From assembly GCA_964521955.1 (NCBI GenBank), contig CAZFTX010000003.1:1517-65516 (forward strand): 64,000 nucleotides of DNA. The letters run 5' to 3'. Position numbers and translations under genes: made by a program. The notes under the pieces are model-generated. The model saw nothing but the letters and a program-made list of their open reading frames with translations. It searched no databases and was not told the DNA's origin. Source of the DNA: an uncultured Candidatus Saccharibacteria bacterium (GTDB lineage: Bacteria > Patescibacteriota > Doudnabacteria > UBA920). This document shows positions 31,755 through 40,393 of this stretch, one piece after another; the stretch's first letter is position 1, and each line of letters begins with the position of its first letter.

Positions 31755-32000
31755 TTACCAATTCTGTACCTTCTCCCTCGTCTTAACCTTAATTTTCTGG
31801 TAAACACTAGTCGCTTTTACATCTAACTCCGGTGAAAGCATTTTCAACATTTCATGACCCAAAATTCTGTATTGTTTTCCAATTTTATTTGCCCTTAAAA
31901 GCCCATTTTTTAACATACGCTTCATGGTACTATTACTCACTTTTAGGAGCTCACCTGCTTCTTCTGTGGTATAAACTTCGTTTGGTTTTATTTCACTCAT
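31755..32000 (-). CDS. Small MerR-like/excisionase-family HTH protein (HTH_17, BldC-like)
   Basis: [37 protein letters not shown]. Confidence 0.85.
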   Translation of the reverse strand: MSEIKPNEVYTTEEAGELLKVSNSTMKRMLKNGLLRANKIGKQYRILGHEMLKMLSPELDVKATSVYQKIKVKTREKVQNW

Positions 32001-32021
32001 TAGATTATTTTATTTAAAAAA

Positions 32022-32070
32022 TGATACTTTTAGAGTATCACAAGGTGTCATTAGGTGTCAAAAGAGGTCA
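32022..32070 (-). promoter_or_regulatory. Promoter/operator with four 10-bp-period direct repeats and a 7-bp inverted repeat
   Basis: TAGAGTATCA CAAGGTGTCA TTAGGTGTCA AAAGAGGTCA; inverted repeat TGATACT-N5-AGTATCA; contains TTGACA on the minus strand. Confidence 0.65.
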
Positions 32071-32073
32071 AAT

Positions 32074-32874
32074 TTAAACTATTGAAAACCACTTTGAGCT
32101 AAAAAGTCTTTCGTTTAAGCGGTATTTACCCTCTAAAGCTTCTAAGCCTAAGATAACTTTTTCGTTTGCCTTTTGTCTTTTATACACAATGTTATTTTCT
32201 GCTTGTAAGGTCTGATTTGCTCCCGCAGAAAGCCCGTGACCGTCCACCCTAAACACACCGGAAAATTCCATAGCAAGTTTAAAATTTGCCCCCAAATTAG
32301 CGGCCCTGGCGCACCAATCAAAGTCTCCGGCTATTTTAAACTGTTCGTCGAACCCCCCTACCTTTTCATATACCTTCCTTGTAAACATAAAATGCGGCCC
32401 TGCCGTCATGGTGGTTTCAAACTTTCTTTTTTCAAACTCTAAAACACTGCCTTCCACTTTCCTAGTAACGACCGGCAAATCAAAAAAACCTAAAGACACA
32501 TACCTTTTTAACAAAAATGGAAAATAAACAACGTCCGCACCACTTTCTGCCAACCTTTGAGCTTCTATAACACTTTTGGGAAACCGAACGTCATCTGCAT
32601 TCCAAGGTCCCAACAAATCCCCTTTTGCTTTTGACACACCAAAGTTCCAAGCCGCGTAAAGTCCACGAGTATTAAATTCATAAACTTTAAACCAACTTTC
32701 TTTTTCAAATCTAGAAAGTAATTCTTTTTCTTTTTGGGATGCTTGGGTTATTACCACCACAATTTCAAAAGCAAAGTTTTGCTTAGTTAAAAAATCGGCA
32801 AAACTTTGCACATGCTCTAAATATTGTTTTAAATACCTCTCGCTTTTATAAAGTGCGGTAATTATTGAAACCAT
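32074..32874 (-). CDS. Glycosyltransferase family 2
   Basis: MVSIITALYK (ATG 32874), GLYAAWNFG, WNADD, GGFDEQFKIAGDFDW. Confidence 0.87.
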   Translation of the reverse strand: MVSIITALYKSERYLKQYLEHVQSFADFLTKQNFAFEIVVVITQASQKEKELLSRFEKESWFKVYEFNTRGLYAAWNFGVSKAKGDLLGPWNADDVRFPKSVIEAQRLAESGADVVYFPFLLKRYVSLGFFDLPVVTRKVEGSVLEFEKRKFETTMTAGPHFMFTRKVYEKVGGFDEQFKIAGDFDWCARAANLGANFKLAMEFSGVFRVDGHGLSAGANQTLQAENNIVYKRQKANEKVILGLEALEGKYRLNERLFSSKWFSIV

Positions 32875-32916
32875 AACTTCTACATCATAAACCAATGTTT
32901 GTAAGAAACACAAGCG

Positions 32917-32945
32917 TTGACATTAAGGTCTTAAAACTGTATAAT
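32917..32945 (+). promoter_or_regulatory. Consensus sigma70 promoter of cassette 2
   Basis: Perfect TTGACA-N17-TATAAT, followed by an AGGAGG RBS. Confidence 0.8.
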
Positions 32946-32977
32946 ATTTGGTCAGTCTTTTCCAAGGAGGAAATTGC

Positions 32978-33790
32978 GTGAAAGCTAACACAATCGTTCA
33001 TACTGCCACAACACTGCCCAACAGCGCCCTCGGTAATCTTGTTCTAGAGAAAACCTTTGAAGTCAGAGTCGCTGAATCCCTAAAAGCTCTTGTGGCCGAC
33101 TTTACTCACGGCTTTCAAGTTCATGCCCTATGCGACGAACGAATGTTTGAACTCGTCACCAAAACCTTGAAGCCATCCAACCTCTTTATTGCCATTCCAG
33201 AAGACCCGAATAAATCCATGCTGTATGGTCGCCAACAGGTAATTGCAAGTGCGTCAGGCTTGCGTTGCAGTCCCCTTGTCGGAAACTTGGACTTTTGCCG
33301 CCGTATCACTTTCTGGCGCGAACCGGAAAAAAACATGGCTCAGTTCGTATCCGACATCGTCGAACCCATCGAAAGCGGAGATGCCGACATAGTGATCCCT
33401 CGTCGCAAGAGCCTGGACCCCTACCCCACCTTCTCACAAAGCTGGGAAAGGATAATAAGCAAGATGGCTTCTCGCATCATTGGCGGCGAACCCCAAGACT
33501 ACTGTTTCGGTCCCAGAGCCTTTACCGTCCCAGCGGCGGAGTATTTCTTGAACTACCCCGGCCCCCAGACCGGACTGTCAGATCGTCACGCCAGCATTTT
33601 TTGCCCCTTACAAGACGCTAAACATGCAGGCATGCGCATTGTTGGTGTGGAAGTTGACTTCCAATACCCGAAAGAACAGCGGGACGCGGAAGAAAACGAC
33701 ATTCCAACCATCATCAAACGCATACGAGTGCTGGAAGAGCTCAGCGACACAATGTATGCGAGGCAGCAGTGGCTTACCCAAGCCGCCTAA
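32978..33790 (+). CDS. Hypothetical GT-A-fold-like protein on GC-richer cassette 2
   Basis: AGGAGG plus GTG start. IVEPIESGDADIVIPRR and DYCFGPRAF resemble GT2/DPM-synthase segments, but EPEK occupies the DxD position. Confidence 0.65.
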   Translation: MKANTIVHTATTLPNSALGNLVLEKTFEVRVAESLKALVADFTHGFQVHALCDERMFELVTKTLKPSNLFIAIPEDPNKSMLYGRQQVIASASGLRCSPLVGNLDFCRRITFWREPEKNMAQFVSDIVEPIESGDADIVIPRRKSLDPYPTFSQSWERIISKMASRIIGGEPQDYCFGPRAFTVPAAEYFLNYPGPQTGLSDRHASIFCPLQDAKHAGMRIVGVEVDFQYPKEQRDAEENDIPTIIKRIRVLEELSDTMYARQQWLTQAA

Positions 33791-33815
33791 CCGCCCAGCT
33801 CACACACGCACGCAC

Positions 33816-33872
33816 AAACCGCTCCCTGTTTTTCCGAACTCCACGGAACAACAGGTGAGCGGTTTTCCTTTT
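33816..33872 (+). terminator. Long hairpin terminator of cassette 2
   Basis: AAACCGCTCCCTGTTTTTCCG-AACTCCA-CGGAACAACAGGTGAGCGGTTT, followed by TCCTTTT. Confidence 0.75.
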
Positions 33873-33890
33873 AACCACTAAAAGTATCAC

Positions 33891-33958
33891 TGAACATGCT
33901 TTAAATATTATTTTAAATATCTCTCGCTTTTATAAAGTGCGGTAATTATTGAAACCAT
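33891..33958 (-). repeat. Decayed duplicate of the first 68 bp of the GT2 gene (other copy at 32807-32874)
   Basis: 64/68 identical, with the 38 bp ending at the ATG identical. Translates MVSIITALYKSERYLK* with a premature stop. Confidence 0.9.
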
Positions 33959-34011
33959 CGATAATATAAAATTTTTTTAATTTTTATTTATTTTTGTCAA
34001 TTTTGTCATTA

Positions 34012-35061
34012 CTAAAAATGTCCGCTTTTACAAATATCTTCAAAAATTTTATCTCCGCTATAAGTGTAGTCCCACTGTGGGTAATGGCTTTTAAATTTAG
34101 AAACGTCGCTGACATACCAAATATGGTCGCCAATTCGGTTTTCGTTTGAGTATTCTACGTTGGCTTTCTTACCCAAAAGTTCTTCAGCTTTTTTAAAAGC
34201 TTCTATCATGGAAATGTTAGAGTTCCTGCCTCCGCCGGCATTGTATACCTCCCCGGCTCTGGGAGCCTGGTGAAAATGCCAAAACATATTTACTAAGTCG
34301 TAAGAATGAATGTTGTCTCTAACTTGTTTTCCTTTATAACCAAAAATTGTGTACTTTTTTCCCGTTGCTACACACTTTATTAAATAGGCCAAAAACCCAT
34401 GAAGCTGGGTTCCCGAATGGTTTGGTCCGGTTAAACAGCCACCCCTAAACACTGCGGTTTTCAAACCAAAATATTTCCCGTATTCCTGTACCATAACGTC
34501 GGCTGCGACTTTTGAAGCCCCAAAAATACTGTGTTTAGTGTCGTCTATGCTCATGTGTTCGTCTATGCCGCCAAAGTATTCATGGTTTTCAGGAATCTCC
34601 CAGCGCGTCTCCTTTTCCACCAAAGGCAAAAGGTTTGGCCTGTCGCCGTAAACCTTGTTGGTTGAGGTGTAAATAAAAGTTGCCTCGGGCGCAAACAACC
34701 TAAAGTTTTCCAAAATAATATGCGTACCCAAAGCGTTTACACTAAAGTCAGTAAGGGGCTCTTTTACCGCCCAGTCATGACTGGGTTGGGCCGCAGTGTG
34801 AATGACTATGTCAAACTTGTGAGCTTTGAAGATTTTTTTCATTTCCGTAGCGTCCCGAATGTCCGCGGTATAGTGAATGTATCCGTCTTTCAGTTCTTCC
34901 TGGATTTTTTTTAAGTTCCAATTTGTGCTAGCTTCCTCACCAAAAAAATACTTACGCATGTCATTGTCCACGCCTACAATTAAGTATCCTTTTTGGGCAA
35001 AAAATCTCGCCGCCTCACTGCCTATAAGCCCTGCACTACCTGTAATTAAAGCTGTCTTCAT
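34012..35061 (-). CDS. NAD-dependent epimerase, CDP-paratose 2-epimerase (RfbE/Tyv)-like
   Basis: [43 protein letters not shown]. Confidence 0.82.
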   Translation of the reverse strand: MKTALITGSAGLIGSEAARFFAQKGYLIVGVDNDMRKYFFGEEASTNWNLKKIQEELKDGYIHYTADIRDATEMKKIFKAHKFDIVIHTAAQPSHDWAVKEPLTDFSVNALGTHIILENFRLFAPEATFIYTSTNKVYGDRPNLLPLVEKETRWEIPENHEYFGGIDEHMSIDDTKHSIFGASKVAADVMVQEYGKYFGLKTAVFRGGCLTGPNHSGTQLHGFLAYLIKCVATGKKYTIFGYKGKQVRDNIHSYDLVNMFWHFHQAPRAGEVYNAGGGRNSNISMIEAFKKAEELLGKKANVEYSNENRIGDHIWYVSDVSKFKSHYPQWDYTYSGDKIFEDICKSGHF

Positions 35062-35088
35062 TTTTCTAAAATTTGATTGTAAATTAAT

Positions 35089-36159
35089 TTAAACTAAACT
35101 TTCAAAAATTTTCTTAAACCTATGAACGTAAGTGTGCTCTTGTACGGTTCTTTCGTACCCGGCTTTGGCTATGGCTGCTCTTTCGTCTTCGTGTTCTAAA
35201 TAGTACTTACTTTTTGCAACCAAGTCTTCGGTGTTTTTAAACACGACTACTTCTTTACCCAAATTAAAATATTCCCCTAAATCGTCGTCTGAAACCCCGG
35301 TCATCAAAAAACCACCGCATGCCGGTACTTCAAAAGTACGGGATTTAATTGTTCTTCTTTGTGTTCCAATGGCCGCTTTATAATTTTCAAAAAAATTCTG
35401 AATGTTTAAATGATATTTACCCAACTCTTTTTTTACAAAAAGTTTGGCAAATAAATTCAGTTTTTTCTTCAAACCATAGTAAGGCGTTTCGGTAAAGTTT
35501 AAATTTATTTTACTGTAAGAAAAAATATCCAACATTTCTTGCGGATTACTCCCCCCGCCTGCCGGCCAACCTCGGCCGTGGCCTTTAGCCGGAAGCCCGG
35601 CTTTTTCCAAAGCTTCTATGTAGTCGCCTCGGTTGCCGTACTTTTGCCCAAAAAAAGTCACTTTGTAACTTCCCGGGTCTTTACTTGGGTCTTGGGGTTT
35701 AAACATAAAAGGATTAGCAGCCCACTGGCTTTTTACTACGTTTAAAATTCCCGCTCCCCTGTAAGCGGCAAAAGCTCTGGCGTCGGTAGTTGAAACCAAA
35801 GTAAACAAAGGCGCCCAATAACGGGAATAAACCAAAAAGCGCCAATGATCGTCCCCAAACCAATTGTAAGTTTTGGTTTTGGTTTTTTTGGTTATGTATT
35901 CAATAGTTTCTTTTTTTATTTCTTCGGTAAACAAAAAGCAAAAAAGTACGTCCGGTTTTTCTGTCTCCACTCTTTGAATTAATTGCTTGTTCATTTCGTC
36001 CCTACCAACTTGAACCAAGATTTCGTCCATTGGAAAATAACTTGCCTCAACGCCTTCCATGTTTTTAAGCGTGCCAAAAAAACTCTTATCTTCCAAAGAA
36101 GGACCTCTTTGTGGGTTACCGTATTCGTTTTTAAGTGCGCAAAAAAGAACTTTAAGCAT
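35089..36159 (-). CDS. CgeB-like glycosyltransferase (Glyco_trans_1_2)
   Basis: WFGDDHWR, SKINLNF, KSRTFEVPACGGF, IAKAGYERTVQEHTY. Confidence 0.85.
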   Translation of the reverse strand: MLKVLFCALKNEYGNPQRGPSLEDKSFFGTLKNMEGVEASYFPMDEILVQVGRDEMNKQLIQRVETEKPDVLFCFLFTEEIKKETIEYITKKTKTKTYNWFGDDHWRFLVYSRYWAPLFTLVSTTDARAFAAYRGAGILNVVKSQWAANPFMFKPQDPSKDPGSYKVTFFGQKYGNRGDYIEALEKAGLPAKGHGRGWPAGGGSNPQEMLDIFSYSKINLNFTETPYYGLKKKLNLFAKLFVKKELGKYHLNIQNFFENYKAAIGTQRRTIKSRTFEVPACGGFLMTGVSDDDLGEYFNLGKEVVVFKNTEDLVAKSKYYLEHEDERAAIAKAGYERTVQEHTYVHRFKKIFESLV

Positions 36160-36215
36160 TTTATTTAGTTTAAATATTTATGCTTTATTATAACGAAATT
36201 TGAAAAAACTTGTTA

Positions 36216-36244
36216 TTGACAAAAAGTTAAAATTATGATTAAAT
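36216..36244 (+). promoter_or_regulatory. Sigma70-type promoter of cassette 3
   Basis: TTGACA-N17-TTAAAT; GAGG RBS before ATG 36279. Confidence 0.55.
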
Positions 36245-36278
36245 ATACTGTTCGAATCAACTTCAGAAAGAGGAATTA

Positions 36279-36929
36279 ATGAGCTCAAACAATGTTGTAC
36301 TGCTACCCAGGATTGTACACATGGTTCCAAACCCCGAGTTCGGAAACGCTTGGCTAACGGTAAGGCACCGGTACTCTCAAGGCCACCCACCATGGCCAAT
36401 TCACGACCTGTACGCCGTTTCTGTTCCCAAAGATCACAAAGAAGGCGGAGTCGAAAGCGAGATCTTCCACGCATACGAAAACCCCATGACCAAAGCCTGC
36501 GCCGACAATGTTATCGCAACCAGGCTTTCAGACGGGACCCCGGCCGTGCTAGGCCTCAAGCGCAACAATCCGCCTTACAAAGGGACGTGGTACATGGCCG
36601 GCGGAGCCATGTTTGGCTACGATGATCCTGCGAATTTCCTGGCAACAAAATGTTGGAAAGAAACAGGTCACGCACTTGAACCCCAGGTTTATCTGGGAAC
36701 CTTCTTCAACCACGCCGAAGACTGGCCGGCAAGCGTTCTGGCTATTTGCTACGCAACCCTTGTCCCCATTGCAAACATTGAACAGACCAAGCCCGCCGAC
36801 GGCCACGACCAGTGGCGGCTCTTTACCGAAAAGAGCCTCAAAGAGATACCGGTAAATGAAACCCACTGGTACCCCATGCTGGTCTGGGAACACGTCCTTA
36901 AGACCATGTTCGACTTCAACATTCGCTGA
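36279..36929 (+). CDS. Divergent NUDIX-fold protein on GC-richer cassette 3
   Basis: ACADNVI...VLGLKRNNPPYKGTWYMAGG...KETG and DGHDQWRLFT resemble GDP-mannose mannosyl hydrolase-type NUDIX proteins. Confidence 0.72.
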   Translation: MSSNNVVLLPRIVHMVPNPEFGNAWLTVRHRYSQGHPPWPIHDLYAVSVPKDHKEGGVESEIFHAYENPMTKACADNVIATRLSDGTPAVLGLKRNNPPYKGTWYMAGGAMFGYDDPANFLATKCWKETGHALEPQVYLGTFFNHAEDWPASVLAICYATLVPIANIEQTKPADGHDQWRLFTEKSLKEIPVNETHWYPMLVWEHVLKTMFDFNIR

Positions 36930-36955
36930 CACCACTCACAAGTGGAAGCAACCAC

Positions 36956-36993
36956 ACGGCGGGCGCGACTCTTTGCGCCCGCTGTTTTCTTTT
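36956..36993 (+). terminator. Intrinsic terminator of cassette 3
   Basis: ACGGCGGGCGC-GACTCTTT-GCGCCCGCTGT followed by TTTCTTTT. Confidence 0.8.
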
Positions 36994-37073
36994 GGTAAAT
37001 TTCTCCTATTTAAGTTAAAATACAATAAATAAAAGGTTTTAAATTTTCGTCGTTTTTATTATTTTTGTCATTT

Positions 37074-38180
37074 ATGAATATTCTTTACATTATTACCCAA
37101 GCGGACGGAGGTGGGGCGCAAAAGTATGTGCTTAGCTTAGCAAAACACTTTAAAGGTTCTATTGCAGCCGGAAACGAAGCTACCAAACTTTTTAAAGACG
37201 CCGGTGAATTTTCACTTTCCACCTTCAACTTAAGCCACCTAAAACGCAACATTAACCCATATCACGACCTTTTAGCTATTTGGGAAATACGTGACTTAGT
37301 AAAGAAACTACAGCCCGACATTGTCCATTTAAACTCTTCTAAGGCTGGAGTATTGGGAAGTTTTGCCTGCATAGGACTTAAAACCAAAGTAGTTTATACC
37401 GCTCATGGTTTTGTTTTCAACGAACCCCTCCCCTTTTGGCTAAAAAGCTTTTATTTAGCTTTAGAAAAAGTTGCCTCTACTTACCGAAGTTTTATTATTG
37501 CAGTTTCCGAAGCCGACAGAAAATCTGCTTTAGAAAAAAACTTAATCGCCCCAGAAAAAATTTCTGTAGTTCATAACGGCATTACCCAAATAGTCTTTCA
37601 AACAAAAGAAGATGCAAAAAAAGATTTAGCTCTCTCAAACGATAAATTTATTATTGGCACAGTCGGCAACCTTTACCTCACCAAAGGCACGGATATTTTA
37701 ATTAAAGCCGTGACTTTGCTAGACAAGCAAATTCTTTCCAAAATCCAATTTATAATTATTGGAGAAGGTGTCTTAAAATCAAAATTACAAACCCAAATAT
37801 ATAACTTAAATTTATCTGAAAATATTAAACTTCTAGGTAACATTGAAAACATTGGACAAAAATTAAACGCTTTTGACCTGTTTGTCTTACCTTCTCGCAA
37901 AGAAGGCTTCCCTTTTACCTTACTTGAAGCCATGCAAGCAGGCTTACCAATTATTGCAACTGACGTTGGAGGCAACAAAGAAGCCATAAGCGATGCGGGT
38001 ATTTTAGTGCCAACCGAAGATGCAAATGCTTTAGCTGATGCAATGCAAAATTTAATCTCAAACGAAGCTTTAAGAAAAAACCTTTCTCAAAAGGCTTTGG
38101 AAAGGTCAAAACTTTTCACCGAAGAGAAAATGTTTTTAGAAACAAAAAAAGTTTACGAAAAAGTCTTAGGGCAAATTTAA
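37074..38180 (+). CDS. Glycosyltransferase family 4
   Basis: GGAQKY, VHLNSSKAG, YTAHG, LPSRKEGFPFTLLEAMQAG, TDVGG. Confidence 0.92.
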   Translation: MNILYIITQADGGGAQKYVLSLAKHFKGSIAAGNEATKLFKDAGEFSLSTFNLSHLKRNINPYHDLLAIWEIRDLVKKLQPDIVHLNSSKAGVLGSFACIGLKTKVVYTAHGFVFNEPLPFWLKSFYLALEKVASTYRSFIIAVSEADRKSALEKNLIAPEKISVVHNGITQIVFQTKEDAKKDLALSNDKFIIGTVGNLYLTKGTDILIKAVTLLDKQILSKIQFIIIGEGVLKSKLQTQIYNLNLSENIKLLGNIENIGQKLNAFDLFVLPSRKEGFPFTLLEAMQAGLPIIATDVGGNKEAISDAGILVPTEDANALADAMQNLISNEALRKNLSQKALERSKLFTEEKMFLETKKVYEKVLGQI

Positions 38181-40382
38181 AACTTCTTCCAGCTCTTTTT
38201 GTTTTGTCGAATCCAACTTTAAAATAGCATTAGCTAAATTTAGAGCTTTGTTTTGTTCACCGGCCAACTTGTAAACCCTGACTAAATCTATCATATAGGG
38301 CAAGTTACTCGGGTCTGAAGTTAAATATTTTTCATACAAACCAATTGCCTGTTGGTATTTTTTTTGTTTCTCAAAACTCTGCACCACCCATGCTATGTCA
38401 CTAAAAGACCTAAACACATAATCTTTTAAAATTAAATCTTCAACAATTAAAAGGGCTTCAACAACTTTTCCTTCGTCTTTCAAAAAAATCGCCTGTTGCC
38501 ACCTGGCATCTGAATTTTTAGGATCCGTTGCCAAAATTTCTTGAACTAACAACTTAGCTTCGGTAGGTTTACCTAAAAGTAAATTAGCTTGAGCTAGAAG
38601 AAATTTTGCCTCAGTTCTTTTTGGAGCCAAATCAATTGCTTTGTCAAAGGCTTCAAGCCCTTCCGAAGAAAACCCTCGCCCATAGTATACGTCCTTAACT
38701 AAATACAAGTTTGCCAACCTGTACCAATTTATAGGATAATTATCAGCTTGGTTAATTACTTTCTTTAATAAATTAATTGCTGTGTCTAGATTGTTTAAAA
38801 CCTCTCCGGGGTTATTTTGGTATTCCGGCAAACGACCGGAGTTAATGGCAAACTCGCTGTATTTTAAAGCAGTTTCACTTAAATCAAAATTAAAAGGTGT
38901 GTCTATGGCTTTTTTAAAATACTCTTGGGCTTTTTTTGCGTCTACCGAAGCATAGGCATAACCAAAGTTTACATTTTTAGCTATTACCATAGGTACAATA
39001 TTTGCAGCATAAAGAGAGTAAGCTGAAATTAAAAAAACTAAAGCGCTTATTGCCAAAGACAAATTATTTTCTAAGCCCGCAATTTTTTTCTCTTTGCTTT
39101 TCTCTACCGGGTTTTTAACTTCAAAAAACAAATACCCAAAAAAAGCAACGTATATATAAAACATTAAACTTGAAGGTACACTGTCAAAAACAAAAAGATT
39201 TTGAATTTGGTAACTAAGCATACCTGCAAAAAGCAAAGTACCTTCCGCCAAACTTAAAAATCCGTTTTTAAAACCCAAATACACAGCATAAAAACTAAAA
39301 AATATTATGGATACATAAAAAACAAATCCCAAAACACCGGTGGTTATTAAAATCTCTAAAAGAAAGTTATGAGGCTTGTCAAACCAGCTTCTGTCATAAT
39401 TATATATTTCCGGATTAAAATATTTGTTTGAAACAATGTAGTAGTTTTCCGGTCCAGTTCCTAAAAACGGACGGTCTTTAAAGCCACTTAAAGCAGTCTT
39501 CCACTGAACCAACCGAGCTTGGGTATTGGTGTCGTTTAGCTGAAAAACTCTTTTTAAAGTAGAACCTGTTGGTAATTTGTCACTGTTTAAATACAAAAGC
39601 CCGGAGACAAGAACTATTACTCCCACAACAATACTCCCGTAAAACTTCAATTTTTTATTTTTGGTAAAAAACAAATACAAAACACTTGAAATAAATCCAC
39701 CCAAGATTAATCCAACAACCGCTCCCCTAGTACCGCTTTGGTAAATTGCCAAAAGCTGAACCAGTGCACAAAGTCCAAAGAATACTTTTTGATATTTTTT
39801 TTCGGACTGCAAAATAAAAAACAAACTTAAAAACAACGGTAATATTAAAAAACTGCCTACATAAATTGGATTACCAAATGTAATGGAAATTCTTGGCAAT
39901 GAAGGATCGGGAACAAAAGGCTTTAAACCTAAAGCCACAAGTATTCCGTACAAACTTAAAATTGATGCCGAAATTACGGTAACTTTTAAAAACTTAGCTA
40001 AGTTAATAACTTTTGCCTGAGCAATAAGCAAAATATAAAAATACAACAAAGTTAAATGTAAAAGGTAGAAAGCCCCGCCCATTCTTTCAAAATTTCCCCA
40101 CAAACTCCGAATAACATTCACCCCAAAAATAGCAGAGATAAAATTAAAAATTAAAAACCCTACAACCACCAGGGTTAAAGGGTTTTTAAAAGAAGGTCTC
40201 AGGTCTTTACGCACACAGACTAAATAAGCATATACAGGCAAAAGCAACTCTACGACAATTCTAAAAACAAAAGATTTTGTGGTAACAAATGGAAATAGTA
40301 ATTGTTTGGAAACCAAAAAGGGCGCAAGCAAAACTAGAAACAACCCGAAACGGAAAACTAATAGCGCTGTTTTGCCCACCAT
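38166..40382 (-). CDS. O-antigen-ligase-like (Wzy_C) membrane protein with C-terminal TPRs
   Basis: About 12 TM segments; TFGNPIY, SGTRGA, GTGPENY, FDKPHN; TPR tail. Confidence 0.85.
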   Translation of the reverse strand: MVGKTALLVFRFGLFLVLLAPFLVSKQLLFPFVTTKSFVFRIVVELLLPVYAYLVCVRKDLRPSFKNPLTLVVVGFLIFNFISAIFGVNVIRSLWGNFERMGGAFYLLHLTLLYFYILLIAQAKVINLAKFLKVTVISASILSLYGILVALGLKPFVPDPSLPRISITFGNPIYVGSFLILPLFLSLFFILQSEKKYQKVFFGLCALVQLLAIYQSGTRGAVVGLILGGFISSVLYLFFTKNKKLKFYGSIVVGVIVLVSGLLYLNSDKLPTGSTLKRVFQLNDTNTQARLVQWKTALSGFKDRPFLGTGPENYYIVSNKYFNPEIYNYDRSWFDKPHNFLLEILITTGVLGFVFYVSIIFFSFYAVYLGFKNGFLSLAEGTLLFAGMLSYQIQNLFVFDSVPSSLMFYIYVAFFGYLFFEVKNPVEKSKEKKIAGLENNLSLAISALVFLISAYSLYAANIVPMVIAKNVNFGYAYASVDAKKAQEYFKKAIDTPFNFDLSETALKYSEFAINSGRLPEYQNNPGEVLNNLDTAINLLKKVINQADNYPINWYRLANLYLVKDVYYGRGFSSEGLEAFDKAIDLAPKRTEAKFLLAQANLLLGKPTEAKLLVQEILATDPKNSDARWQQAIFLKDEGKVVEALLIVEDLILKDYVFRSFSDIAWVVQSFEKQKKYQQAIGLYEKYLTSDPSNLPYMIDLVRVYKLAGEQNKALNLANAILKLDSTKQKELEEVLNLP

Positions 40383-40393
40383 TTTTTATAATT

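Noticed and set aside
31751-31807. N-terminal extension of gmd in the ORF track
   Set aside because: Overlaps the HTH gene. The family N-terminus MKKALITG starts at 31750.
31755-32000. Prophage excisionase
   Set aside because: No integrase or phage genes nearby, and the gene is tightly coupled to gmd.
32031-32070. CRISPR-like or iteron array
   Set aside because: 10-bp units without spacers and no cas or rep gene; better explained as an operator. No CRISPR array was seen anywhere in the window.
13910-36993. Integron cassettes with attC sites
   Set aside because: The hairpins lack properly placed RYYYAAC/GTTRRRY ends. The cassettes are dispersed, carry their own promoters, and no intI is present.
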